Origin: Eledone cirrhosa
Taxonomy: Eukaryota
DNA length: 64,000 nucleotides
Assembly: GCA_964016885.1 (NCBI GenBank)
Contig: OZ024741.1
Span: 352,904,001-352,968,000 of the forward strand
Direction of reading: 5' to 3'
Made by a program: the position numbers and the translations under genes. Numbering within the stretch: the first letter of the stretch is position 1; each line of letters begins with the position of its first letter. The notes beneath the pieces were generated by a model that did not search any database, was not told the DNA's origin, and saw only the letters and a program-made list of their open reading frames with translations. Shown here piece after piece: positions 1-12,900 of the stretch.

Positions 1-151
1 ATATACAATCAAATATACGTACGAGAAAGTATACGTACCTTCACAAAACATACAGGTAATATATACTTACCTATACAAATAAGTAATGGTATAAACATAA
101 CATATACTTAGCTACCACATCAAGACGTAAAATATCCGCGTATAGTTCGTA

Positions 152-860
152 TTATCCGATAGGGTATAATGTGGAGTTGTAATACAGGAAAGTTTTGTGC
201 AATTTATGTATACAAGCCGAAATTGCCTCAGATTTTTTGTTTAAGATGTGGTCTTTGGCGTAGAGTATTTCCAGGGCCTCAGCGGCGTAGAGGTCACATG
301 GTCTTTTATTTCCGTTATACGATCTATCCCTAGCTAGGATCTCCCAGTGTAACTTATATTGGGTGTGGTTGTCTTTTAGACTCCAGATATAAGCTGAAAG
401 TGACGTCATATTCCTTCTTAAAGGGTAACGAAAGGAATGGGTATGCATGTAAAGACGCTGCTTGAACCTATTGGCGGTTAACCCTATGTAGGCCCCACGT
501 ACGTGGGTGTTTCAACCTTACATTTGTAGACAATGTTACTAGAGAGGCATTTCCCGGATAGGGGGCAGTCAACCCGATTCCTACAATTACAGTTAGTACT
601 AACTACAGGGTTGCACGTGTTCCTACGGCTAGGTAGTTTAGCTAAATTTGAAGCTGTGATGTTATGTGCAAGGTTAGGCGTCGTAGAGTAAAACATTTTA
701 ATAGTATTTCTATTAAAAATTTTACTATATTTATGTGTAGAGGGAAAATGCTTCATAATAAGGGAGAGAAAGATCTTAGCTAATGGTCCGCTCCAAATAA
801 TGACGTATTATATTCATTTTTTCCCGTTCTTTGCCAGGGAACGTTTCCACGAACCAAAGT
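152..860 (-). mobile_element. Penelope-like (Naiad-type) retroelement fragment: linker plus GIY-YIG endonuclease, frameshifted
   Basis: ORFs 484..756 (KHFPSTHKYSKIFNRNTIK...NCNCRNRVDCPLSGKCLSSNIVYKC) and 152..448 (TSLSAYIWSLKD...WEIL...CDL..E.LEIL) show the CxC-x5-C motif and GIY-YIG C-terminal motifs, and parallel the element at 63011-63920. Confidence 0.85.
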
Positions 861-934
861 ATCGTCTTCCTGTCTTCCTCCGGTTGCAAGGTTTTTTGAA
901 ATATTCACTTCTGCGTTCACAGATTGACTTTGTT

Positions 935-985
935 AGTTTCAGAAGATCCCGTTAAGGGTGAAAGCAGCGATTCTTTGCTTAAACT
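935..985 (+). ncRNA. Type I hammerhead-like motif with CAGAAGA (U4A) core
   Basis: agttt-CAGAAGA-tccc gttaa gggt-GAAA-gca..tgc-TT-aaact; stems I and III pair and stem II has ccc/ggg. Identical copy at 39507-39557. Confidence 0.55.
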
Positions 986-996
986 TTAATCTGTTA

Positions 997-1066
<70 letters not shown>

Positions 1067-1149
1067 CTATTTATATATATAATCTATTTATAATATATAC
1101 AAAACACAATAATTTGAAACATGTATGTTATTATTATTTCTTTTATCTT

Positions 1150-1410
1150 AGGTTTCGTTGGAACTTCTGAATTCTTGCATGAGTAGCGGGTTTGCCACCC
1201 ACGACCTAAGGTGTCATGCTACTTCTACTCTTCAACTATCTAGTACTTTTCTGATAATCCTGGCTGTGCCAAGGAGGTAAAACCTTTGCAATAGCTCTAC
1301 TGGACACTCTATTCTAACTTTCTTTGTGTACCTCTCAATATCTTTTGATACTGTCTCAAATCCCCAACAACAATTGGCATTAAATTTACCTTTTTAATCT
1401 TCCACAAGAA
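1150..1410 (-). mobile_element. 3' end relic of an RLE-type (R4/Dong-like) LINE
   Basis: Minus strand reads LWKIKKVNLMPIVVG...CPVELLQ...LLGTARIIRKVL, typical of the restriction-like endonuclease C-terminus. Confidence 0.65.
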
Positions 1411-2046
1411 GAAATATCTACATACCAATATGGAACAGGAAAATTGTTACATTCGAAAGCAACATAAATGTATTTTTCTTTCGCCTTTTTTTTTGTCCAA
1501 CGTCAGTTGTGTTTTCTTCCCGAATAACTATCCATGGATAGCTATTGATGTACTGGTGGTGAATAGTCCTGTCTTATAAAGCATCCGAAACTATAATAAT
1601 AGCCATTGAGCGGCAATAGTCCATGTGCTTGTCTCTTCCGAGTTTTCTGTTTCCTAGAATAATCGTCCACTTGTGTCTATATCTCTTGCCTTGGGTTGAA
1701 AGTAATCACACCACGCGGCTTTCAGTATGGAGTGAGTTTTGATGGACTTATCTCTGGATATGTACAAGTATATTGTTTTATATACTATTTTTGCATCTCT
1801 ATTTTTGATAGAATGCCTAACCTAGACTATACCCCTGATGAGTATCAGAGTCTCCCGCAGTTTAATCATAATCGATAGATTGATAACCGATTACATAGAT
1901 CGATTTTAAGTTACGGTCTACTGAACACGAAATAGTGCTATAGGGAACTCTACTGATTTCATCTAGAGTACATATTCATCATTTAAATATGTGCTTTGAA
2001 TATATACAATATATTGTGTATTCTCTATGATATATGGTACTTTCTC

Positions 2047-2094
<48 letters not shown>

Positions 2095-2131
2095 TCTTTT
2101 ACATTTGAATTATACACATACACACACACAC

Positions 2132-2162
<31 letters not shown>

Positions 2163-2177
2163 TATATATATGCATAT

Positions 2178-2309
<132 letters not shown>

Positions 2310-2620
2310 CATGTATGTATGTATGTTTATATATACATACATAGACATATATGCCAATTGAATTCTTATCTTCAACTTTCATAATGCACTACAACACATT
2401 TCTACCAGTGAAGCAAATCTGATTAACACTGCTGTATATATATAGATGTTTGACTTAAATCAACAACCAAAACATCAAGAAACCCTACACTTTATACAGC
2501 AAAAGTTAAATCAATCAACAAAGAGATTAATATAATCAGAAATATTCTTTTCTATAAACTGTCACAATTTTAAGACGGTTCTTAACGGTTATTATTTATA
2601 CATACATACATACAAACACA

Positions 2621-2695
<75 letters not shown>

Positions 2696-2715
2696 GTATG
2701 TATATATATATATAT

Positions 2716-2891
2716 ATGAAAATGTTCAAGACCCCGACGGCAGAGCTCAAACCGTTTCGACGGCTACTTCTGGACTGAAATAGTCGTCGAAACGACTTGG
2801 GCTCTGCCGTCTTGAAAATGTTCATATTACTCTAAGTATTGAGTACTCTGGTGCGTTATGGTCCACCTGGTTCCTTCCCATACTTACTTCG

Positions 2892-2893
<2 letters not shown>
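2716..2893. repeat. TA-embedded palindromic element (about 110 bp hairpin plus tail); tail related to 59030-59073
   Basis: gacggcagagctcaa...cgtttcgacggcta / tagtcgtcgaaacg...ttgggctctgccgtc inverted arms; the tail tgcgttatggtcc...ttcgttat recurs reverse-complemented near 59030-59073. Confidence 0.6.
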
Positions 2894-2958
<65 letters not shown>

Positions 2959-3000
2959 TATATATATATGTATATATATATGTATATATATATGTATATA

Positions 3001-3119
<119 letters not shown>

Positions 3120-3240
3120 GTATATACCAGGCTATAGTATATATATGTATGTAAAAGGAAAGGAGAATTAACAAAAAAAAAAAAATGGCACAGTACACGG
3201 AAGAAATATATTAGTTTAACGCTTGAAATAGCAGGAAGAA

Positions 3241-3280
3241 AGTCTTAACGTTTCTGACACTAGTCCTTCATCAGAAAATA
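3241..3280 (-). ncRNA. Degenerate minimal hammerhead (PLE type)
   Basis: Reverse complement CTGATGA-aggactagtgtca-GAAA-cgTT; palindromic minimal stem III, poor stem I. Confidence 0.4.
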
Positions 3281-3829
3281 GAGTTAGAAATAGAAGATAA
3301 ATAGAAAGTAAAGAGTGATAAGAGGAAGGAACAGGGAGAAATGAAAACAAATGGGAGATATATATATATATCTTGTTATTTACTGCTGTGACCCTCTCTA
3401 CCTGTTTTGCTCGATTTGTTGTCCCACCACGCTTTCATATCGACTCTCTCCTTCTCTCTCTCGCTCCCCCTCTCTCCCTCTATCCATCTGCTCGTTTTCG
3501 ACTTAGTTTCACACATGTCGGAAACTCCTTTTGGATTATCTCCCTTTCCCTTCTTCCTCTCTTTCTCCCTCTCACTTCCGGTTTTTCCATCTTTCTCTCT
3601 CTCTCTACACTCACCTTGCTGAGATCGCACGGAAAAACCTTGCTCCACAGTTATATGACCACAGGGCTTAAGTCCAATCGGTTCGTTTTAACTTATTCTA
3701 TTTTCTCCTCGGTTACTCACTTGCCTGTCCCATTGTCATGTGCCTCCACCTCCATTCGGTTTGTTTACTTCGTTTTTTACTCTTTTCTTTTTTCTCTTTC
3801 TTCCTCTCTTTTCACTATCTTTTCTTTCC

Positions 3830-4019
3830 CTCATGGCCTTTTGATTGATAAAAGGCCTTGGGCGCGCTGCCGATCGATTTCGATGTCCTGTTTTAAGCGC
3901 CGAAACATCTATGATCCGCGGTTAACAGCTGATGAAGGGCTACTTTCTTCTCTTGTTTACGTCCATATTACCATCTTACACTTTGTTTACAGTAACCACG
4001 CAGCCTGCTTCTTTTCTTG

Positions 4020-4025
<6 letters not shown>
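3830..4025 (+). repeat. TA-flanked dispersed repeat (second copy about 59088-59252)
   Basis: Shared aaacatctatgatc...aacagctgatgaaggg..actttcttctcttgtttac...cagtaacca..cagcctgc...tgtaattatata. Confidence 0.7.
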
Positions 4026-4073
<48 letters not shown>

Positions 4074-4225
4074 CACATACTCACAAGCACATATAAATAT
4101 ATATATATATATACATTTGTGTATGTGTGTATTTGATTACTCAGATACATATGTACGTATGTACATTCACATAAAGAAATATTCCGCATGCATGGAAGTG
4201 CACACGTACACAAATTTAAATACAT

Positions 4226-4470
4226 ACATACATACCGACCTACATACCTACCGACCTACATACCTACCGACCTACATACATACCGACCTACATACCTACC
4301 GACCTACATACATACCGACATACATACATACCGACCTACATACCTACCGACCTACATACCTACCGACCTACATACATACCGACCTACATACATACCGACC
4401 TACATACATACCGACCTACATACATACCGACATACATACCTACCGACCTACATACCTACCGACCTACAAA
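4226..4470. repeat. 16-bp minisatellite (catac[a/c]taccgac[c/a]ta)n derived from (CATA)n
   Basis: Direct reading; gives the repeating YRPT peptide artefact. Confidence 0.9.
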
Positions 4471-4750
4471 CATACATAAATACGTACATACATACATACA
4501 TTTTGTTTTCTTCTGTAACAACAACTAAAAGGATTCTGTTTACCTGTTTATGGATGTTGTCTGTCTTTCTTTGATTCTTTATCAGTGTTGTTGATGTCGT
4601 GCGTCATGTTGGTTGTAGCAAATACTTGCACGGCGTTTCAAAGTTTGAGACGGATATCACCACGATCGTGGATAACAGGCTTCTTCTATGTATGTGATAA
4701 GAAGAATAACCAGTTATCTAACAAAGATAATAGTTGGCGGCATTGATATT

Positions 4751-4953
4751 GTTTCCAAGGCCAGCAATTTAAAGGAGAGGGGAAAAGTCGATTATATTGA
4801 TCCCAGTGCATTACTGATGCTTTATTTTATCGATCCCGTAAGGATGAAGGGCAAAGTTAACTTCGGCGGGATTTGAACTCAGAACGTAAAGAGACATAAC
4901 TATGTCGCGAAGCATAGTGTCCGACGCTCTACCGATTCTGTCAATCCACCGCC
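4751..4953 (-). mobile_element. tRNA-derived SINE with about 17-bp target site duplication
   Basis: Minus strand has A-box-like and B-box (gagttcaaatcc) motifs; flanks ttggcggcattgatatt / ttggtggcattaatatt. Confidence 0.85.
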
Positions 4954-5270
4954 TTTGGTGGCATTAATATTAGAGATTGCATTCATTCGTTCTCTGCGGC
5001 AATGCTTTCGCAATTTTGTGGGCGGGGAGCAGCTGAGATAAACCGCCTAGAATGGAGTGTAGAGCCTCTTCCACCCCACTCCTCTTACTTTCATTATTTA
5101 ATTTATTTATTGCAAACTATGTAATTTAACTGTAATAAAATTTAAAGGTTTTTCATATACATCTTAAATTGAATGAATAGTCTCTAACGCCAAAATGCGA
5201 GTGCTCACAGCGAGTGTTTGTATATACACACATGTAGACATGGAATTGTATGTATATGTACAGATATTTA

Positions 5271-5457
5271 ATTGTTTCTACTTCAGGCACAAGGCCAGCA
5301 ATTATCCGACTGTATTACTGCTACCTTATTTTATCGACCCCGTAAGGATGAAAGGCAAAGTTAGCCTCGGCGGGATTTGAACTCAGAATGGCAAGGGCAG
5401 TAACTCTATGCGTCAAAGCATGGCGTCCGACCCTCTACCGATACTGCCAATCCACCG
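5271..5457 (-). mobile_element. tRNA-derived SINE, same family
   Basis: ttttatcgaccccgtaaggatgaaaggcaaagtt...gggatttgaactcagaa core; tacagatat duplicated on both flanks. Confidence 0.85.
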
Positions 5458-5711
5458 TACAGATATATAATTGGAAACATATATATTTGGATAACTAAAT
5501 ATAGAGATACAGTAACAGTGACGACATACAGAATATATTTGAATATTACCTATACTATACTGAAGAGGTTACTTTCAATGACATTGATGGTCTCTTTGTC
5601 AACGCTATAATTCTTTGGCACAATTACTGATGGATATTCTGTTAGCTGTAGTGGCAAAGGTGACAAAATGTTTCTCCCCTCTGCATCAGCATTCACTCCA
5701 CTATTCTCATG

Positions 5712-5920
5712 GTAATGGATTGGTAGTATTAGTAGATCACCGGACAAAATGCTTTGCAGTACTTAGTTTCGACTTTCTAAGTTCTGAATTCAAATCACGC
5801 CGAGGTTTAATTTGTCCTTCATCTTTCCGAGATAAAATAAAGTACCAGTAAAGCACTGGGATAAGTATAATCTATATTCCTTTTCCCTCCAAATCGTAGG
5901 TCTGTGCTTAAATTAGAAAT
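5712..5920 (+). mobile_element. tRNA-derived SINE, diverged, inserted in the hAT relic
   Basis: gttctgaattcaaatcacgccgagg...gataaaataaagtaccagt. Confidence 0.7.
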
Positions 5921-6814
5921 CATTATCAACAGGAAAGCATTAATTACAAAAGAACTATGTCTACAAAAGTAAACCTGTTAACATATAATACTATTTGATG
6001 TTGTAAAGGGAGTCAATCCCATATTAATGCATTCAAAATAATCTCGTATGTTTCAAAGACATTGTGGAATAATGATTACTGAATACATAGCTTTGTTGCT
6101 CTATTCTTCAGTTCAAACTATCTACGTAAAAAGAAAATTCTCGCATTTTCAAAATGTTGTAGATTATATGACTGTCTTCAATGGCTCACTTGGTTACATA
6201 GCTTACATATTTGGACGTTTAGACACATTACATCACTTCAAGGAAACGACAATAACGTTTTTTTTCTTCTCGCAATTAACAAGATTTGAGGACTTCAGGC
6301 ACTGTTAACGCTTTGAGAAAAAAATGCCAAGAAGTCAGACATCTCCAATTTTCTTTACATGCAGACAACTTTGAAAGAGATGGATTTCGAAGAGTAGAGC
6401 AGTATCATAGACAATAGCATATATTATCTTTCTCTTTAAAAATTTAATACCGATAAATACTTTCCAGCAGAGAAATACAGATCACCAGAAAATCAAGTTA
6501 GCTGTTAAATCTATTTGATACATTTATTGATGTGCCAAGTATTTCTAATGAAGCAACGATTCAACGTTTGTAATAAGAAGTTGACCTGGTGTGGAAATCA
6601 AAATTGTCAGAATCACCTGTTAATGAAATTTGGGTTATGATGTTTAATGAGGTAATCGAATATTCTGGTCTGATTTTCCTTTACTTACTAATGTGTACAT
6701 ATATGTTCATTCTATTATCAAGTTTAAGGGTTCTTTATAAGTCTCTCAGTAATATTTGGAGTTTGTATAATGAAACAAATTTTGAGACCAATGATCTATA
6801 TAAATAAACGCGTA

Positions 6815-6889
<75 letters not shown>

Positions 6890-7069
6890 AATATACATGT
6901 ATGTGAGTGCGCGTGTGTATTGATATGGAAACTTAGCTCCCGATGAGGTCGTAACGGCTTAAAGGCTCACCCTCTCAATGTCGGAACAGATGAGCGATAG
7001 AGAGAGAGAGATAGAGAGATAGATAGAGAGATAGCTAGATATAGATATATATATAGATCGATAGATATG

Positions 7070-7129
<60 letters not shown>

Positions 7130-7169
7130 CGGTAGAAGAGAGAAGGGGATGAGAGTGAGAGAGAAGTGA

Positions 7170-7327
7170 GGAAAATTGACCCAAATATTGAACTGGTACT
7201 TTATTTATCGACCTTCAAAGAATGAAAATTACAGTTAAGCTAAACTTAAACCAAAAGCGAAAAGAGTCGTAACAAATATTACAAAGCATTCTGTCCGACG
7301 TTGTAAAGACTCTTCCACTTCGTCACT
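7170..7327 (-). mobile_element. tRNA-derived SINE, diverged
   Basis: actggtactttatttatcgacc...gaatgaaa...aagcattctgtccgacg. Confidence 0.65.
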
Positions 7328-8784
7328 TTACTGACATTCAATGATAGCGTGAAACCCTTCTTGTAAATAACAGCAGGGATGTTATATTCACATATTCATT
7401 ATCTTGCAGTGCCGAATTAAAAATTTGTAGCAGATGTGTGTTCTATCTAGCCCCATGCTCCTCCTCAACATCTCACACATTTTTATGTCCCCCTTTGATA
7501 TAAAAACAGCGATGATCGACTATAAAGTGTAAACAAATTGGTGTATGGGTGATGCCAGATGCACAGTATCATGTGTTGAGGAGAGAAGACAGGAGTTTCC
7601 GACAGTAATTTGTTCAAAATTTGCCTTCGTGTAAAAGTAATAGGGTAAAATCTGAAGTTTGCTCTCATTAACATCATTTTCAAATTGCCTCCCAATGGGC
7701 GTGCGCCCCGCATTGGGAATCACGGTGACATTTACCTTGAAAATCTTGATCTTTATGATACGTGGCAAGCCATTCAGCAGTACTATGATATTTAACACAC
7801 TTCCGTTGTTTTGAATACCGCTGTGAATTACTAGGACAGCTGAAACATCTCTTCTAAACACCATTCCATCTCAGTGTTATTATCAATACAACAAATATTA
7901 CAATATAAAATCCTATCCCTGGTAACAAGTGCTTTTCACTACTAATTCAGCCACGATAACTAACTAGGAATCTGAAACTATACTTTTAGGAATATTCATT
8001 CCGATCCCTTACACAACCAAAGCAAATACTCTCATGTCATTCATACGTAGCAGCGCTGAAGCAGTATAAATTTTACGAATATACCCTAAAACATATTGAA
8101 AAAAAAATTATCTCTTTCAACTAACTGAAGTATGCTATGAATTGGTGTTTGTCCCGAAATATTACAGCATTTAACTGAAATTGCGAGGAATGGGTATGTA
8201 ATCACACCTACTTATATATGTAAACATGTTTCATTTATACCTTTCTCCTTAGATCGAAAACACTGATCAGATTTTACGTTCATGGTGGAAGCAGCTTCAA
8301 ATGGTTAGCATCATTTTACACATTTACAGATATACACGCTTTAATGACTGCCAAACGTGTTTGTGCAGCACTTTTTCAGGATCTCTATCCAGAAAAGGGA
8401 TATTCCAAGAATCTTTCTCTTTGAACTTTATTTTATCGCTCGACCTGCAAAAATATCTTCCTCTGAATAATCGTGTAAGTGAAATTATGTGATGGAGATG
8501 GTTTGTGAGAAGCTTGTCTTTGTGATTTACAATGCTCAACAAAAACCAGTACTGAACTTTGGATATTTGGTTTCAGACTTTGTGTCAGCAATCTAAGAAA
8601 AAAAAAAAAAAGACTGGCTTATATTGTCTTGAACAAGAAATATTTCATAATATATATAAATTCTATGACATGATAATAGTTTTGTAAGAATTTTGTTATG
8701 ACAAAATTAATAACAGACTGATGTCATTTTAAGACGAAAAATATCGATGACTATAATGATCGTGATGGTGATCAATAATAATAA

Positions 8785-9072
8785 TTGTTTCTACTTTAGG
8801 CACAATTTTTGTGTGTATGTGTGTGTGAGGAGGATCGATTAAATCGACCCCCGTGCTTACTGGTACTTTAGGCACAAGGCCAGCAATTTGAAGGGGATGG
8901 GAAAGTCGATTAAATCGATCCCAGTGCATTGCTGGTGCTTTATTTTATCAACCTCGAAAGGATTAAATCCAAAGCTAACCACGGCAGGATTTGAACTCAG
9001 AACGTAAAAGGTCGTAACTCTATGCCGCGAAATAGGGTGATCGACACTCTACCGATACTGCCAGTCCACCGC
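8785..9072 (-). mobile_element. tRNA-derived SINE (composite, partial 3' duplication)
   Basis: Two ggcacaa...atcga.ccc.gtgc.t..ctggt segments followed by ggatttgaactcagaacg...ccaccgc. Confidence 0.8.
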
Positions 9073-9084
9073 TCTAACGATAAT

Positions 9085-10885
9085 AAATCACATTCATGGA
9101 TACTGAAATCATCGCTGGACATGTTCAAAATTTCTCATGTAATTTCAAACTTTCTGAAACATATGTCATTGTGGAACACGAATCTCCAATTATATCATTC
9201 CAATGGAGTATTACGTTCAAACAATATTATCATTGACTATAGAATTTTCCAATGTGACTCACTTTCACCTCTAATATTTTGCATAGCTCTAATACCATTT
9301 ACAACTGAACATATCAGAAGTTACGGTTATAAAATTGGAAACAGAAAAATAAGCCATCTATTTCATATGGATGATCTGAAACTACATGGCAAAGAAAATG
9401 ATGAGCTTGAAGCCATTTACCTACTGTGAACGCATTTAGTGATGACATCAGGATGTGGAGTTTGGGCTTGATAAGAATGCCAAGGCCACTTTCGAGAAAG
9501 CGAAGTTGATAAACTCAAATTTAGTCAAACTAGATGTTGAAACAGTTATAAAAGAACTTGAGCAGAAACAAACCTATAAATACCCTGGTATAAATGAAGG
9601 CTCCGACATTCAACATGGAACCATGAAAGAGAAGATAAGGCAGGAATATTATAGGAGAGCATGAGCAGTTCTGAAATCGGAAATAAATGCATTTAACAAT
9701 GTGTTAGTCACACATTCCTTAGCAGTTCCATTTGTTAGTTATAGCTTCAATATGTTGAACTGAAATATCAGTGAACTAAAAAGGATTGACTCAAAGGTTT
9801 GTAAGTTGCTGACTTGTAATAAGATGAACCGCCTAAAGACAGATGTGGATCGCCTTTACCTTCCCAGAAGTCAAGGAGGCCGAGGCTGGACTCAGCTTGA
9901 ACTGTCTTACAAAACCACCACAAGTTGACTAGCCAAATGTCTTGAAACAACAAACGACTGGATGTTGAAACTCCTTGAATATCATGAGAGGAGTAAGAAG
10001 CTTTAGTCTATCTTGAAAAAGAGCAAAACGTTGCTTCTGATCCCATGACTGATATCTAGGGTGGATAGACCGAAAGAACTGTGGCACTTGTGAAATTAAT
10101 GGATAAGTAAAAAAAAAAAAAAAGGGCAAGAAAAATTAGCATCGAGGTGCAGAAACCTCTGCATGGCAAATAAATAGCCCGTAGCAGACAAGCTGATGTT
10201 GACCGGAAGTACACCCATCAGTGGATACGTAACTAAGGGCTAAAGGCAGAGAGTGAGGGCTTCATCTTAGCTGCTCCAGTTCAAAGCTTATTAACTCGGA
10301 ACTATCAAGCCAATGTGATGAGAAACGGAGTGGACGCAAAGTGCCAATTCTGGAATGATAAGATTGAAACAGTGGACTACTTAATCTTTGGATGTAAAGT
10401 TTTAGCACCAGTAGAGTATAAGTCAAGGCACAGCAGAATTGGTCAATATCTACAGCGGTTAATATGTCGGTATTATAAAATCAAAATTGCTGACAAGTGA
10501 TACAATAATCACCTTGGGGCTGTAACTGAGGAAGAAAATGTAACAATTCCTTAGGATTTTCCTTTACATGCAGAGAAAACCACCAAAGCTAATAGACTGA
10601 ATATTATTGTAAAAGACAAAAAAATCTGTTTATTGATTGATATGAGCATCCTATGTGATTACAATATTGCGGCAAAAAAATTTGAGAAGCTCAGAAAATA
10701 TAAAGATTTGCTGATTGAAATTGAAAAATTGTGGTAATCCCTAGTGATTGCTGGAGCACTTGGGATGATAAAAAAGAACAGAAAATTAATTTAGAATGAT
10801 CTCTGACTTGCCATTACCACACAAAGTGCAAACAAATTGTTTTATCTGGTACAACACACATATTGAGAAGAACACTATCACTGTG
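9085..10885 (+). mobile_element. 5'-truncated degraded R4/Dong-type LINE (RT, Zn knuckle, RLE)
   Basis: HSWILKS..IFQCDSLSPLIFCIAL..ISHLFHMDDLKL; EFGLDK; KCQFW..ETVDYLIFGC..RH; endonuclease ANR.NIIV..LLID..KYKDL; many stops and frameshifts. Confidence 0.9.
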
Positions 10886-11214
10886 AGAATGATAATCATC
10901 TATGTAATATATTTCATAACTTTATTTGGTTATATTCCATAATTATGTAAGTTGTAAATAATTGAGTACTCTTATATGATTGATTATAATCAACATAATG
11001 ATAATTATTCTGTTGTAAATATGATTTTAAACAGATAGAGCACATGTCTAAAACACATGATATATTTGTAACTGTAAAAGTGCGTGACGTTAACACTCTG
11101 ATGTGTATTTTTTGTCTTATCAATGTATGTAGTGAGTTTCTCGGTCCTAGGTGTAGGGAAGACATTCCGCAAGAAATTGAAACAAAACTGAAGGAAGGGG
11201 GAAAACATAAATAA

Positions 11215-11362
11215 TAATTGTTTCTATTTTTGGCACAAGGCCATCAATTACCCAGTGCATTACTGGTACTTTATTTTATCGACCCCGTAAGGATGAAAGG
11301 CAAAGTTAACCTTGGCGGGATTTGAACTCCCACCAAGGTTAACTTTGCCTTTAATACTGCCA
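11215..11362 (-). mobile_element. tRNA-derived SINE with internal fold-back
   Basis: Family core followed by an inverted copy of aaggcaaagttaaccttgg. Confidence 0.75.
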
Positions 11363-11554
11363 ATAATAATAATAGCAAGTAGTAATAGGTGAAGGACGGT
11401 GAAAATTATTTATATATTCTCGCATACCTAACATACACAGGAGCATGACATAGATATAAATGTTGACAACAAAAATAATAAAAATAGCAATAATAATAAT
11501 TTCTTTATTGAGCACCAGACTGAAAATAGAAGACAATACAATAAATTGGGACAT

Positions 11555-12900
11555 TGAGTTTTTACATATAAAAAAATGTAAAGAAAAACAAACAGGTGGA
11601 AATTAACAAGAAATCGAAAAAATGTAGAGGGGTGCACCACCCATGGGTAATTTAGGAATCCCACAAATCCAAAATCACCCCGACATACAAGAGCACTATA
11701 GGAAAGTGCCTCTTTTCCCCTGTTCTCTCCAGTCTACAAGTACAAACTTAGAGTGTGTCAATCCACTCAGGCTGTTCTCGCTACATTCATCCACATATTA
11801 ACAAATATACGGAAAACAGCATTTTACTCACCACCTGTACTTTTATTTCCAAGTAGAAGTTGAAAAGGTCGATGAGGGCCGAAGAGGAATGAATCTGTCT
11901 TCAGTTTTTTACCGTTTTGCACAACCTATTTTGCCACCGCCTTAAGACAGAAGAAAACTGACTGCTCTTCTCAGCCAAAAGAAGGCGGGGCAATCTTTCT
12001 ATGGAGTTGGTCGATAGTCAGCTTCTTCTACATGCGACAATAGCTGTTCGACCAAACTCTATAAGTCAGCAATGCATGGACATTGGACTTATGCGTGCAG
12101 TACGGTTTCATCACTCTGTGTGCATCTCAGACATCCCCGTCTGGCAGCACTTCCGTGTCGGTAGAGTTTGTCTCGAACCGGCAGTGCCTTCTGGTAGCAT
12201 TGTCAGGCCAAAGATTTCTGCAAGTTGTCCATAATCCCCGAGTCGAATGTTCTCCGGAACAAAGTGGTCAGTTTATTCTAGTCAAAGCTTAGTGTTTCCC
12301 GAAAATGTCGTTGCTCCTGCCCACCACTATTCCTCTATAGAACGCTAGCGTAGAATTTCTACTGACTGCTTTTCCAACTCGAAGAAGGAGGTGAACACCG
12401 ACAACATTCTTGATATCAGGGGCCCAGTCTCGGCTTTCACTTGCTCCAAGACTAAAAACTCAGTCACACAAAAGAGCTGCAGAAAGACGTACATGATAAA
12501 GAGCGACCACATCTGTTCACCGTTTAGGAACATTTGCAAATGTCGTAACCTCAGCGTATATTTGTGCATCACTAGCCACGGCAGGTAGAGCATTCCAAAC
12601 AAAGGGTGTTGGCAGTAGATGGATCCTCTAACCAGTACATCGCGCCCCTTTCACAAATAGACGATCCAGTCTGATAAGACGTGATCTGGAACAAGGGACG
12701 AAGCTTAGGCGGTAAAATATAACGCAAGCGTCGTACGCATTCGCCACCTCTTCCCTGTGGTGGGACTTTAAAGCTTAACAGAGTTGAACTGTGATTGTTC
12801 CTTTCTGCGGAGAGCTGGCTATTCTTCTCTACGAATAAATTTTCTTTTCCCACCATGTATTTTTATTAAACAAATTGAGGAGCGAATTATAGTTTAGTCA
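11555..12900 (-). mobile_element. Tx1/L1-clade LINE 3' fragment (zf-RVT-like C-terminus and 3' UTR)
   Basis: Minus strand near 12233-12060 reads NLQKSLA*QCYQKALPVRDKLYRHG...CLRC..DETVLHA.VQC, the L1/Tx1 C-terminal Cys/His motif. Confidence 0.75.

Larger units (their letters stand above)
5550..7727 (+). mobile_element. Degraded hAT (Charlie/ZBED5-like) DNA transposon, interrupted by SINEs and microsatellites
   Basis: Collinear decayed motifs read on + strand: GTITDG (CTDGA-like, ~5617), IINRKALITKEL (HREAL-like, ~5922), DVVKGVN..SRMFQRHC..ALLLYSSV (~5997-6115), LGYIAYIFGRL..SLQGN, KSKLSESPVNEIWVMMFNE (dimerisation domain, ~6595). Possible hAT-like 3' end gggcgtgcgccccgcattgggaatcacgg near 7697-7725 is less certain. 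Confidence 0.7.

Noticed and set aside
1835-1860. CTGATGA-type boxes at ~1835, ~3929, ~13257, ~20111, ~58738 and ~59167
   Set aside because: No downstream stem II-GAAA-stem III arrangement could be built, so not counted as ribozymes.
4751-4953. tRNA gene calls from A/B boxes
   Set aside because: They are SINE heads without a full cloverleaf.
5550-5747. Minus-strand ORF ending at ag|gtaata
   Set aside because: Better explained as the antisense of the hAT transposase relic.
7520-7864. 114-aa minus-strand ORF
   Set aside because: No domain similarity recognised; overlaps the probable hAT end.
8324-8592. Possible minus-strand host exon after a T-rich tract and ttcttag acceptor
   Set aside because: Frames from the acceptor close quickly or give no recognisable protein, and no partner exons were found; needs RNA-seq.
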